IMG/VR virus record: IMGVR_UViG_3300044698_000125
Location: 1 to 45,215 of that record
DNA from: a virus
DNA: 45,215 nt
Direction: 5' to 3' (one strand)
Of the stretch, positions 6,476 to 15,208 are shown one piece after another. A program made the position numbers and the translations under genes. Under the pieces are notes generated by a model. That model worked only from the letters and a program-made list of their open reading frames with translations. It was not told the DNA's origin and searched no databases. Within the stretch, counting starts at the first letter, position 1, and each line of letters begins with the position of its first letter.

Positions 6476-8247
6476 CCTGTCCAGTGCTCGGCACCGCCGT
6501 CGCCGGCGGCGCCGCCATCCAGATCGACCTGCAGCGGCTGCTGGTCTCCCGGCTGCTGGTGCAGGCGAACAGCGGCGCCGGCAAATCGTGGGCGCTGCGG
6601 CGCATCCTCGAACAGACGCATGGCCAGGTGCCGCACGTCGTCATCGACGTGGAAGGTGATTTCCACACGCTGCGCGAGAAGTTCCCTTACGTGCTGTTCG
6701 GCGGCGCCGGCGCGGACTGCAAGATCGAGGTCAAGATCGCCGGGCTGCTGGCGCGGCGCGTGCTGGAGCATGGCTTCAGCTCCATCCTCGATATCTCGGA
6801 ACTGAAGGCGCATGACCGGCTGCGTTTCGTCCGGCTCTTCCTCGAGGCATTGCTGGACGCGCCGCGCGCGCTGCGCCGGCCGCTGCTGGTCGTTGTCGAC
6901 GAGGCGCAGATCTTCTGCCCGGAGAAGGGCCAGGCGGAGTCGGCCGCGGCGGTGATCGATCTGATGACGCGCGGCCGCAAGCGCGGCTATTGCGGGGTGA
7001 TCGCCACGACGCGGATCTCGAAACTGCACAAGGATGCCGCGGCGGAGGCCAACAACAAACTGATCGGCCGCTCAGCGCTCGACCTGGACATGAAACGATC
7101 CGGGGACGAGCTCGGTTTTTCCGGGCGGGAGCAGCTGCTGACGTTGCGCGACCTCGACCCCGGCGTCTTCTACGTCTTCGGCCCGGCGATCTCCAAGATC
7201 GTGCGGCAGGTGCGGATCGGAAAGGTACACACGACGCACCCGGAGCCAGGCACGCGAGGGCAGGTCACCACGCCGCCAGCGCCGGAGAAGATGAAGGCGG
7301 TCCTGGCCAAACTGGCGGACCTGCCGAAAGAGGTCGAGGAACAGGAGGGCGAGATCGACCGGCTGCTGCGGGAAAATGCAGATCTCAGGCACCGCGCCCG
7401 CAGTCTGGAGAACGCCGCAGGGATCCATGATCCGGCAGTGCTGGATGATGCCCGTTGCAAGGGCAAGGTCGAGGGCTACAAGGCCGCGATCGGCGACCTG
7501 GTGCCATTCCGCGACCGGCTCAAGACCCTGCGCTTGGCGCTCGTCGAACACGTCGATGGAGCGATCCAGGATCTAGCGAACTGGGAAGGGAGGCAGGCGA
7601 AGGCAGCGACAACCGCCGCCGTCGTGCGTGGCCCTATGCCCGCGACGGTGTCGGGCGATGGCGGCGTGACGTTCAAAAAAGCACCGCCGAAGGGATCAAT
7701 GGTATCGGTGACATACAATCCGTCCAGACCGCAGCATGGGATCGATGTCCGCCTGCAGGTCTCCGCGCCACAGCAGCGCATCCTGGACGCGCTGGCGTGG
7801 CTGGAAAGCGTGGGGATAGATCAGGCGAGCCGGGTGCAACTGGCGGTCCTGGCGGACCAGAGCCCGAAGAGTTCCGGTTATACCAACAACCTGGGCGCGC
7901 TGCGCTCGGCCGGGCTGATCGATTACCCGGCAACTGGCGCCGTCGCGCTCACGGATGGGGGCAGGGCGGCAGCCCGGGCGCCAGACCGGCCTCCCACCAC
8001 CGACGATCTGCACCGGACGCTTGAAACCAAGCTGCCAGCGCCGCAGTGGCGGATCCTGCGGGCCCTGATCGAAACCTACCCACGTGACATGACCCGTCAC
8101 CAGCTCGCCGAGGCCTCCGACCAGTCCCCGAGCTCGAGCGGCTACACCAATAACCTGGGCGCGCTGCGCTCGCTCGGCTTCATCGACTATCCCGGCACCG
8201 GCCGCGTGGCGGCGAAGCCGGTGCTTTTCCTGGAGGGGCGGTCATGA
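6472..8247 (+). CDS. HerA/FtsK-like P-loop ATPase fused to a coiled coil and two tandem winged-helix repeats
   Basis: Walker A NSGAGKS, Walker B LLVVVDEAQ, and RGRKRG. Duplicated C-terminal block ...DQSP(K/S)SSGYTNNLGALRS(A/L)G(L/F)IDYP. ATG 6472 overlaps the preceding stop. Confidence 0.7.
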   Translation: MTCPVLGTAVAGGAAIQIDLQRLLVSRLLVQANSGAGKSWALRRILEQTHGQVPHVVIDVEGDFHTLREKFPYVLFGGAGADCKIEVKIAGLLARRVLEHGFSSILDISELKAHDRLRFVRLFLEALLDAPRALRRPLLVVVDEAQIFCPEKGQAESAAAVIDLMTRGRKRGYCGVIATTRISKLHKDAAAEANNKLIGRSALDLDMKRSGDELGFSGREQLLTLRDLDPGVFYVFGPAISKIVRQVRIGKVHTTHPEPGTRGQVTTPPAPEKMKAVLAKLADLPKEVEEQEGEIDRLLRENADLRHRARSLENAAGIHDPAVLDDARCKGKVEGYKAAIGDLVPFRDRLKTLRLALVEHVDGAIQDLANWEGRQAKAATTAAVVRGPMPATVSGDGGVTFKKAPPKGSMVSVTYNPSRPQHGIDVRLQVSAPQQRILDALAWLESVGIDQASRVQLAVLADQSPKSSGYTNNLGALRSAGLIDYPATGAVALTDGGRAAARAPDRPPTTDDLHRTLETKLPAPQWRILRALIETYPRDMTRHQLAEASDQSPSSSGYTNNLGALRSLGFIDYPGTGRVAAKPVLFLEGRS

Positions 8248-8501
8248 CCCCGATCGGATCCTTCGAACAGACCAGGGTGCTGCGCAAGCCGGCCAATATG
8301 ACCGACGAGGAATGCGCGCCGCTGCCGATCCATACCGACGGCAAACAGTGCATCAGTTGCTGGCAACCGAGCTGGCGCGAGCTGATCGAGATTATCTTCC
8401 GCCGGCGGGTCTGGATCGGCGTGCTGAGCGGGCAAACGCAACCGCCGATCTGGCTGAGCGGAAAACATCCGTTTGAAAAACACACAAAGGAGATCCCATG
8501 A
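8244..8501 (+). CDS. Hypothetical protein
   Basis: ATGA overlaps at both ends; coding GC3 bias. Confidence 0.55.
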   Translation: MTPIGSFEQTRVLRKPANMTDEECAPLPIHTDGKQCISCWQPSWRELIEIIFRRRVWIGVLSGQTQPPIWLSGKHPFEKHTKEIP

Positions 8502-9052
8502 AAACCGCAGTCGCAAAGAAAACAGTTCCATCGATCAAAATCCCCACCATCCCCGGCATGCCATATGGTGGCGGGTTCATCGCCGGCCAGCTCTTCATCG
8601 GCAGCGATGCCTATCTGCAGATCATCTCGCCGCGCATCGATGGCGAATTCGAGGATGAGGCCTGGAATAAATCGATCAAACGCGTCGACGGCGCGCTGAG
8701 TTATTGCGATGGGCTGGGCAACACCCGCGCCATGGCCAAGGCAGGCAGCAAACTCGCGCAGTGCATCCTGGATCTGCGCATCGGTGGTCATGATGACTGG
8801 CATTTGTGGAGCAGGCTTCAATCGTTGATTGCGTTCGGCGAGCTGCGCGACGTGAAGGCGTTTCAGGAAGGCGGCGCGCAAGAAGCGATCGCGCACCAGG
8901 GATACTGGACTTCAACGCAGTCCGCGGGCGGCGACGCGTCCGCCTGGGTTCAGAATTTCAACACCGGCAGCCAGGACTACTCTCGCAAGGACAACAAGTT
9001 CCGGGCCCGTGCCGTCCGCATGATCAAACTCAGTCATTTATCCATTCGGTAA
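8498..9052 (+). CDS. DUF1566 (Lcl C-terminal, lectin-fold-like) domain protein; DGR-target-type protein
   Basis: GGGFIAG...DWHLWS...YWTSTQSAGGDASAWVQNFNTGSQDYSRKDNKFRARAVR fits the DUF1566 C-terminal pattern as recalled. Confidence 0.6.
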   Translation: MKTAVAKKTVPSIKIPTIPGMPYGGGFIAGQLFIGSDAYLQIISPRIDGEFEDEAWNKSIKRVDGALSYCDGLGNTRAMAKAGSKLAQCILDLRIGGHDDWHLWSRLQSLIAFGELRDVKAFQEGGAQEAIAHQGYWTSTQSAGGDASAWVQNFNTGSQDYSRKDNKFRARAVRMIKLSHLSIR

Positions 9053-9067
9053 TTTCTGGAGGCGACA

Positions 9068-9859
9068 ATGAACGAAACCATTTTGCTGCGCGCGCAGGAT
9101 GTCCTGGGCGGGTTGCCGGCGCGGACTTTGGCTCTGGCGCTGCTCGACAAGCTTCCGGATGTATCGAAGGCAGGCGTTTGCGTGACCGATCCGGTTCCAC
9201 GCATCGGCACGATATGGGCCGCGCATGGCGGCATTTACGCCGGCATGGCGCTGGCCGAACTGATCCTGTTTCACGATCCCCGGCCGGATGTGGACATGCA
9301 GAGTAATGCGGCCCTTCTCGCACGGATCCCGCCGCATAAGAGCCTCTTCAACGCGCCGGCGCATCTGGGCCTGCCGATCGGCAATCTGTCGTCGCAATTC
9401 TTCGCTAACGTCTACCTGGACGCACTCGACCAGCACGTCAAGCACCAGATTGGGGTGCGGCACTACATCCGCTACGTCGATGACTTCGTTTTGTTGCATG
9501 AGTCGCCGCAATGGCTCGCTGCCGCCCATGCCGAAATCGAGGCATTCCTGCCGTGCCTGGGCGTGCAGCTCAATCCCACCAAGACCATCCTGCAGCCCGT
9601 CGATCGCGGTATCGACTTTGTCGGCCATGTCATCAAACCCTGGCGGCGCACTTTGCGCCGGCGGACCCTGCGGGGAGCCCTGAACAGGATCGGAAACATC
9701 GATGACGCAGATGTTTTCAAATCCGCCAACAGTTATTTTGGCCTGCTGCGCCAGTCATCGCACAGCCACAAGGACCGCGCGCGCCTGGCTAATGTCGTCC
9801 GCCGGCATGGGCATGCGGTTAACCGGGCGCTCACGAAGACTTATCGGAGAGCCGGATGA
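9068..9859 (+). CDS. DGR-type reverse transcriptase, palm/thumb fragment only (N-terminal fingers and motif A absent); likely a degenerate remnant
   Basis: GLPIGNLSSQFFANVYLDALD carries the I/LGxxxSQ signature. YIRYVDDFVLL is the YxDD box. Also LNPTKT and GIDFVGHVI. In the Bordetella phage bRT the SQ motif is near residue 190, here near residue 104. No D..FF.SI-type motif lies upstream in any frame. Confidence 0.65.
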   Translation: MNETILLRAQDVLGGLPARTLALALLDKLPDVSKAGVCVTDPVPRIGTIWAAHGGIYAGMALAELILFHDPRPDVDMQSNAALLARIPPHKSLFNAPAHLGLPIGNLSSQFFANVYLDALDQHVKHQIGVRHYIRYVDDFVLLHESPQWLAAAHAEIEAFLPCLGVQLNPTKTILQPVDRGIDFVGHVIKPWRRTLRRRTLRGALNRIGNIDDADVFKSANSYFGLLRQSSHSHKDRARLANVVRRHGHAVNRALTKTYRRAG

Positions 9860-10272
9860 GCACGATCAACTTTCTATCCACGGCCAGGACGGTTCATTTG
9901 CTCAAGGACAAAGTGCGCGCGTTTACGCCAGCCGAGAAGGCGCTGATCCGCAAGGTGCACGGCTACATGCCGGCGCAACAGTTGCTCGACATCCTGAACG
10001 AGCGCCTGGCCTGCGACCTGGGGCCGGATGAACCACTGCATACGATGGAGCAGCTCTATGCCGAGATCGGCGCAGCGGAGGGGGTGCCCGCCGGCGGCCA
10101 TGACTGGTCCAGTTTGCGCAAGCTCGTGGCCAATGCCAGGCGTGACGGCGTGCTCGACGCCGTCACTAGGCAGGTCATCGACGATTTCGCGGTGGTGTTC
10201 TCGCTCAGCTCCGGGCAGGTGCTGCGTCTGCATGATGTGCTACTGCGGGCGAAGGAAGGGGACGAAGCATGA
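9856..10272 (+). CDS. Hypothetical protein
   Basis: ATGA overlaps at both ends; GC3 bias. Confidence 0.6.
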   Translation: MSTINFLSTARTVHLLKDKVRAFTPAEKALIRKVHGYMPAQQLLDILNERLACDLGPDEPLHTMEQLYAEIGAAEGVPAGGHDWSSLRKLVANARRDGVLDAVTRQVIDDFAVVFSLSSGQVLRLHDVLLRAKEGDEA

Positions 10273-11213
10273 GCCGTTCCGTGATCCAACGCGACGAGCT
10301 GGTGGGCGCGCTTCTCGATTTCGGCAGCACCGCGGTCGATCTCTCGGAATACGCAACGAGCGGCCTGCGCATCGTTACCGTCGGTCCGAGCGGCATCGGC
10401 AAGACGAATGCCGGCCTGCTGATCGCGGAACAGCTTGCCGAACAGGGCTGGATCTGCGTGCTGATCGATCCGGAAGGCGAGATCGCGTCCATGTATGGAG
10501 AGGCCGTCGCCAGCGCCGGTGATCTGCGGGAATGCCTTCAGAAACGCGATCGCCCTTTCATCGTGGTGTCCGCGGCGGACGCGAGCGAGTTCATCCCGTA
10601 CGGGCGGGCCATTCTTGAAGCCGCGGACAAATATCGCAAGCCGATTTTCCTGATGATCGACGAGGGCCAGGTATTCAGCGCGCCAAAGAAACGCAAGGGC
10701 GACATCGGTGAGGCGGCCGACATCGTCAACCAGTTCGCTGAGCGTGGCAGAAAGCGCGCGGTCGATCTGTTCCTGACCGCAACCCGCTTCACCGGATCGC
10801 TGCATCGATCGATTTTCTCGAACAAGAATCTGTCGCTGATCGGCTGCCAGGAGGACCCGACGGCCTGGGCGTCGCTCGCGCCGCAGTTCCGGTCGTCGAA
10901 GATCGAGTTCAACGATCTGGCCGCGCTCGCGACCGGGGAGTTTTTCTGTTTCAGCCGACGCGGCGTCGAAAAAATCAGGATGCCGATGGCCGAGGCGCTG
11001 CAGCGCGTCGCACCGAAGGCGAAATCGATCAGGCCGCGCTTGCCGTCGACGTTCAGCCAATGGGACCGCGCCATGCGCGAGATGCCGTCGCCGCGGCTGC
11101 GCGCGCTCACCGATCCGGTCGTCAGCCTGCTGGGCGCCGTGGCAGGCCTGTCGCCGCAGCAGATGCTGTCCGGGCAACGGGCGCTGCAGGATGAACTGGA
11201 GGCGAGGAAGTGA
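10269..11213 (+). CDS. HerA/FtsK-like P-loop ATPase (second paralogue, no DNA-binding extension)
   Basis: Walker A GPSGIGKT, Walker B IFLMIDEGQ, and ERGRKRA. Motif order is the same as in 6472..8247. Confidence 0.65.
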   Translation: MSRSVIQRDELVGALLDFGSTAVDLSEYATSGLRIVTVGPSGIGKTNAGLLIAEQLAEQGWICVLIDPEGEIASMYGEAVASAGDLRECLQKRDRPFIVVSAADASEFIPYGRAILEAADKYRKPIFLMIDEGQVFSAPKKRKGDIGEAADIVNQFAERGRKRAVDLFLTATRFTGSLHRSIFSNKNLSLIGCQEDPTAWASLAPQFRSSKIEFNDLAALATGEFFCFSRRGVEKIRMPMAEALQRVAPKAKSIRPRLPSTFSQWDRAMREMPSPRLRALTDPVVSLLGAVAGLSPQQMLSGQRALQDELEARK

Positions 11214-11596
11214 AAACTTTCACAGAGGTGTCCGAGTGGTGCGCCGGCGCCGCCGCGCAATTCGGCGATCCGAGTGTGCCTGTTTGTCAATTGTTCATTC
11301 GCTGGCGGGATCATCTCACGGAGATTGGTGGCGAGGATCTCGTCTGCGGGTGGGTGGACGGCGAGTTGGTAATCTTCCTCGGGCCGGAGTTCCAACCCCT
11401 GCCGATGGCCATAGAGACCGGCGGCTACCAGCTTGATGACGATGGTCAGCTAATCGCGTACGGCACCGAGCTTGTCACACCTGGCGTATGGGCGATTTCA
11501 CCGTCACTGAATGTCGAAGGCGCGATCCACGCATTCATTGTGCTTTACGGCATTCCGGATCCTGCGCCATGGGAACGAAGGATCGTGCTGCTGTGA
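11210..11596 (+). CDS. Hypothetical protein
   Basis: GTGA overlap with the ATPase stop; GC3 bias. Confidence 0.55.
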   Translation: MKTFTEVSEWCAGAAAQFGDPSVPVCQLFIRWRDHLTEIGGEDLVCGWVDGELVIFLGPEFQPLPMAIETGGYQLDDDGQLIAYGTELVTPGVWAISPSLNVEGAIHAFIVLYGIPDPAPWERRIVLL

Positions 11597-13503
11597 GCAA
11601 ACTGATTCAAACGCAGGACTGGCAGCGCTTCATTCTCGCGCACGGATGGCGGGCCATGTCCCACGAGCTGGCAGCAGTCGTCGGACAATCTGTTGATGAC
11701 GTTCTGCGCGTCCGCCGCACCGGCGCTTGCTCAAGGCTTAAGAAAAGAAAGCGCTTCGCGGAACTGTTCGCACTCTGGCATGGCCGGCCGCCGCGGGATG
11801 ACGAATGGCCGAAGCCCGCGAAAACACACCACGGCGGCTACGAATGGCAGGTGCCCGAGCTGGCGCTGCTGGCGAGCCTGGTGGGGGTGGTCGGCGTGAA
11901 GGAGATTGCGCGGGTGCTGACCCGCCGCCTGCGCCAGGTCACCGGTGACCGCCGCGCGGCGCGTAAGCCGGGCGCCGTGCAGAACGCGATCACCCGCATC
12001 GGCATGATCTCGACCGACGTGGTCGGCGGCATCACGGCCAAGGCGGCGGGGAAAGACCTGGGGTCGTATGCCGTGGTGATCCAGGCGATAGAGGGAAACC
12101 GGTTGAGTGCGCGCCCGGTCGGGAGGTTATGGGTGATCCCGCATGCGGCCTGGGCTGCGTTCAAGGCCTCCAGGGTCGCGCCGCCGCGGGGTTATGTGCA
12201 GTTGAGCACGATCCGGCGGGCGCTCGGGATACTGAGCGATGCCAAGCTCCCGGAATACGCTGCGGACGGCTATATACCCACCGCGGTGCTGTGCAATGTG
12301 CCGTGCGGAACCGGCGCGAAGTCGTCAGTGCGCGGCGCCTGGTTCGTGGACCGCAAGGTGGCCCGGCAGCTGGTCGCCGATCGCCGCGCCGGCCGGCCGA
12401 TGCCGTGGTTCGGCAAACCGCACCGGGACAATCTGAAGGCGACCTGGAAGCTGCTGCAGGCGCGCCTGCATCCGGCGGAATGCGCGACCTGCGCGCAGAT
12501 CTGGGGCAGGGCGGGCTTCCCCGGGGATTTCGACGATTACGCGCGCCGCTACCCGCCGCTGGCCCTCGGTGCGAAACGCCACCTGACCCGGAAGTGGAAT
12601 CCCGGCCTGACGGTGGCCGCCGTGGCGCGGCAGTCTAAATGCATCACGCACCGCGTGCTGCACGCGATCGGCAACGGCATGCTGGAGGCCTCCGGCGCCG
12701 GCCGCCGGATGCGCATCACCCGCACCGAGGCGACGCGCTGGAAGGCGCGCCGCTGCCCGAGCGGCATCGGCGAGAAAAGCTGGATCACGCTGGCGACGGC
12801 GCGCCGGCTCTATGATTTCAAGCTCAGGGATCTGCGCGCACTGATCGCTGCCGGCGCACTGAAAACACGCATAGGCAGCAACGGGCCGCAGCGCGGACTG
12901 ACCTACGTGCCGCGCCACCAGTGCATACGGATCCGCGAGCGCGAGGGTTACACCCTGTCGCAGGCGGCGCGCCGCGCCCACGTGACGATCGCGCAGATGC
13001 ACACCCTGCTGGCCGGTGTGAACTGGCGCGGCGCCGCGGGGATTCCGATCGACACCGTCGGCGCGGTGATCAAGCGCCTGCGCTCGCAGCAGGGCTACAC
13101 CCTGCAGCAGGCGGCGAAGGCCTGCGGCATGCCCCAGGCATGGGTCCAGGCGCGCATTGATGACGGCACGGTCCGGGTCAGGCGCGCGCCTTGGGATGCC
13201 CGCCGGCTCTACCTCACCGAACCGATGTTCCAGCGCCTGCTGCAGGCGAAGCGTAGCCCGCGCCGGCGCGAGGCGTTCAGTGACGCCTGGCTGCACCTGA
13301 CCCAGGCCGCGGACGAGGCCGGAGTATCGACCTCGACGATCCTGCGTTGGGCGCAGGAGCATCCGCTGCGCCGCAGGCCTTCGCCGAGCGGGGTGCGCTA
13401 TCTGCGCCGATCGGTGCGCGCCTGCGCGCGCCGGCACTGGCAAAAGCAGCGCTTCAAGCGGGCGGTGCCGCCGGCGTGGTTTCAATGTGAATGGGTGCGC
13501 TGA
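11569..13503 (+). CDS. Large basic protein with about five or six tandem excisionase/MerR-like HTH repeats
   Basis: Repeated units such as YTLSQAARRAHVTIAQMHTLLAG, YTLQQAAKACGMPQAWVQARIDDGTV and LTQAADEAGVSTSTILRWAQEH. Start is probably ATG 11569, inside track ORF 11488..13503. Confidence 0.55.
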   Translation: MGTKDRAAVSKLIQTQDWQRFILAHGWRAMSHELAAVVGQSVDDVLRVRRTGACSRLKKRKRFAELFALWHGRPPRDDEWPKPAKTHHGGYEWQVPELALLASLVGVVGVKEIARVLTRRLRQVTGDRRAARKPGAVQNAITRIGMISTDVVGGITAKAAGKDLGSYAVVIQAIEGNRLSARPVGRLWVIPHAAWAAFKASRVAPPRGYVQLSTIRRALGILSDAKLPEYAADGYIPTAVLCNVPCGTGAKSSVRGAWFVDRKVARQLVADRRAGRPMPWFGKPHRDNLKATWKLLQARLHPAECATCAQIWGRAGFPGDFDDYARRYPPLALGAKRHLTRKWNPGLTVAAVARQSKCITHRVLHAIGNGMLEASGAGRRMRITRTEATRWKARRCPSGIGEKSWITLATARRLYDFKLRDLRALIAAGALKTRIGSNGPQRGLTYVPRHQCIRIREREGYTLSQAARRAHVTIAQMHTLLAGVNWRGAAGIPIDTVGAVIKRLRSQQGYTLQQAAKACGMPQAWVQARIDDGTVRVRRAPWDARRLYLTEPMFQRLLQAKRSPRRREAFSDAWLHLTQAADEAGVSTSTILRWAQEHPLRRRPSPSGVRYLRRSVRACARRHWQKQRFKRAVPPAWFQCEWVR

Positions 13504-13811
13504 TGCGCCGAGTGCTGCCCAAGCCGAGATTCACCCGCATGCCGCACCGCTGCGTGAAATGCGAGGCGCGGCGCACGCTGCCGAAGCTGTGGAGCGACTA
13601 CGAGCGCCCCCCCCGGTGCCGGGTGTGCGGCTATTACCGCCTCTACCCGTGCCGGGACCGGCTGGCGCATCGTTGGGGCCGGGTGATGGCGTGCAACTGT
13701 GGCGGGTACTGGTTCACGCACCGGAAGGGTTCGAAGTTCTGCTACGAAAACCCGAATGCGGAAAAACACTGGATCGAGCGGGCTGATCCCGGACTGGAGG
13801 TCGCGGCATGA
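13503..13811 (+). CDS. Zinc-ribbon protein
   Basis: CVKC...CRVC and CNCGG...C pairs. TGATG overlap at 13501-13505. Confidence 0.55.
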   Translation: MRRVLPKPRFTRMPHRCVKCEARRTLPKLWSDYERPPRCRVCGYYRLYPCRDRLAHRWGRVMACNCGGYWFTHRKGSKFCYENPNAEKHWIERADPGLEVAA

Positions 13812-14209
13812 CGACGGAAAAATACAAGATCGAGCTGCACGGCGGCGGGCGCCGGCACAGGTGGCGCGAGGTCGGGAACTCGCTGCGCTTCGGCCGCGCG
13901 CAGATGCAGGCGAAGTTGTTGATCGGGCGTGCACGGCAGGGCGGGGTGCGGGTCATCGATCCGCTGGGCTACATCGTCGAGGCCTGGTGGCGCCGTCATG
14001 CGCCGGGCGCCCGGCCGGAACGGATCCGGTTCTGCATCGGCTGCGGCTGCCATGACTTCGACGCCTGTATCGACCCGGAATCCGGCGGCAGCTGCCGCTG
14101 GCTCGCGACCCAGCGGCGCGGCGGACAGTGCGCCGTGGTCGGGGTCTGCAGCGCCTGCGCGAGTCACCTGCCACGCTGGAAGCGCGGGGAGAGGAAGGTG
14201 CCGGCGTGA
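13808..14209 (+). CDS. Hypothetical Cys-rich protein
   Basis: CIGCGCHDFDAC...C...VCSAC; ATGA overlap upstream. Confidence 0.55.
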   Translation: MTTEKYKIELHGGGRRHRWREVGNSLRFGRAQMQAKLLIGRARQGGVRVIDPLGYIVEAWWRRHAPGARPERIRFCIGCGCHDFDACIDPESGGSCRWLATQRRGGQCAVVGVCSACASHLPRWKRGERKVPA

Positions 14210-14355
14210 GCCACGTCGACCAGACCAACGCCGTCCGCAATAACCAGGGCTACTGGGTTGGGATATGGAACAGCCGCGAGATCGCCGAGAGCATCCGCGC
14301 CAAGGGCATTCACGGCGAGCGCGTCGTCACCTTGGCCGTCATCGACGAAGATTGA
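14206..14355 (+). CDS. Hypothetical small protein (49 aa)
   Basis: GTGA overlap at 14206-14209, preceded by GGAGAGGAAGG. Confidence 0.45.
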   Translation: MSHVDQTNAVRNNQGYWVGIWNSREIAESIRAKGIHGERVVTLAVIDED

Positions 14356-14356
14356 C

Positions 14357-15208
14357 ATGAACCCATCCAGCATCGAGTGGACGGACACCACCTGGAACCC
14401 GGTCACCGGCTGCAGCAAGGTCAGCCAGGGCTGCAAGAACTGCTACGCCGAACGCATGTTCGCCCGCCCCTATCCAGGCCGCGACTTCACCGACGTGCGC
14501 ACGCACACGGATCGCCTCGCGCCGGCGCTGCGCATGCGCAAACCCCGCCGCATCTTCGTCAACAGTATGTCGGACCTGTTCCACGAGGCGGTGCCGAGAG
14601 ACTTCATTGACGCTGTCTGGTCAACGATGGCTGAGGCGCGACATCACATCTTTCAGATCCTTACGAAACGCCCGGAACGTATGCGGGCATTCATGATCGA
14701 CAGGAAAAACAAGGGCTGGAAAGCGGACTGGAGAAACATCTGGCTCGGCGTCAGCGTCGAAGACCAGGCCACCGCCGACGAGCGGATCCCGCTGCTGCTG
14801 CAGACGCCGGCGGCGGTGCGCTTCATCAGCGCCGAGCCATTGCTCGGCCCGATCGATATACATCATCGGATCGGCCACTGTGTGTTCACACAGGCAGATC
14901 CGTATTCCACCGGACGAGGGCTTGACCTTGTCATCGCCGGCGGTGAGTCCGGTCCGCACGCCCGCCCATCACACCCCGACTGGTTCCGCTCGCTGCGCGA
15001 CCAGTGCGCGGCCACCGGCACGTCGTTCTTTTTTAAACAGTGGGGTGAGTGGGCACCGAACTGCCTGTGCGATACCGCATGCGCCCATCCCGAAATAAAG
15101 AGGCCTGAGCCAGGGAAGATGGGAGTGATGTTTCGGTGCGGGAAAAAAGCTGCTCGCCGCCTGCTCGACGAGCGTGAACACTCGGAGTTGCCAAAGGAGA
15201 CCACATGA
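14357..15208 (+). CDS. Phage Gp37/Gp68 family protein (DUF5131)
   Basis: IEWTDTTWNPVTGCSKVSQGCKNCYAE...FVNSMSDLF...ISAEPLLGPI...GGESG...HPDW is the characteristic motif series. Confidence 0.75.
   Translation: MNPSSIEWTDTTWNPVTGCSKVSQGCKNCYAERMFARPYPGRDFTDVRTHTDRLAPALRMRKPRRIFVNSMSDLFHEAVPRDFIDAVWSTMAEARHHIFQILTKRPERMRAFMIDRKNKGWKADWRNIWLGVSVEDQATADERIPLLLQTPAAVRFISAEPLLGPIDIHHRIGHCVFTQADPYSTGRGLDLVIAGGESGPHARPSHPDWFRSLRDQCAATGTSFFFKQWGEWAPNCLCDTACAHPEIKRPEPGKMGVMFRCGKKAARRLLDEREHSELPKETT

Noticed and set aside
14225-14290. Possible DGR template repeat: AACCAGGGCTACTGG resembles CACCAGGGATACTGG in the DUF1566 gene (about 8895-8909)
   Set aside because: Similarity is limited to about 15 nt (13/15, a shared QGYW peptide) and is lost on both sides. 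It is far too short for a TR/VR pair, and the mismatches do not follow an adenine-specific pattern.
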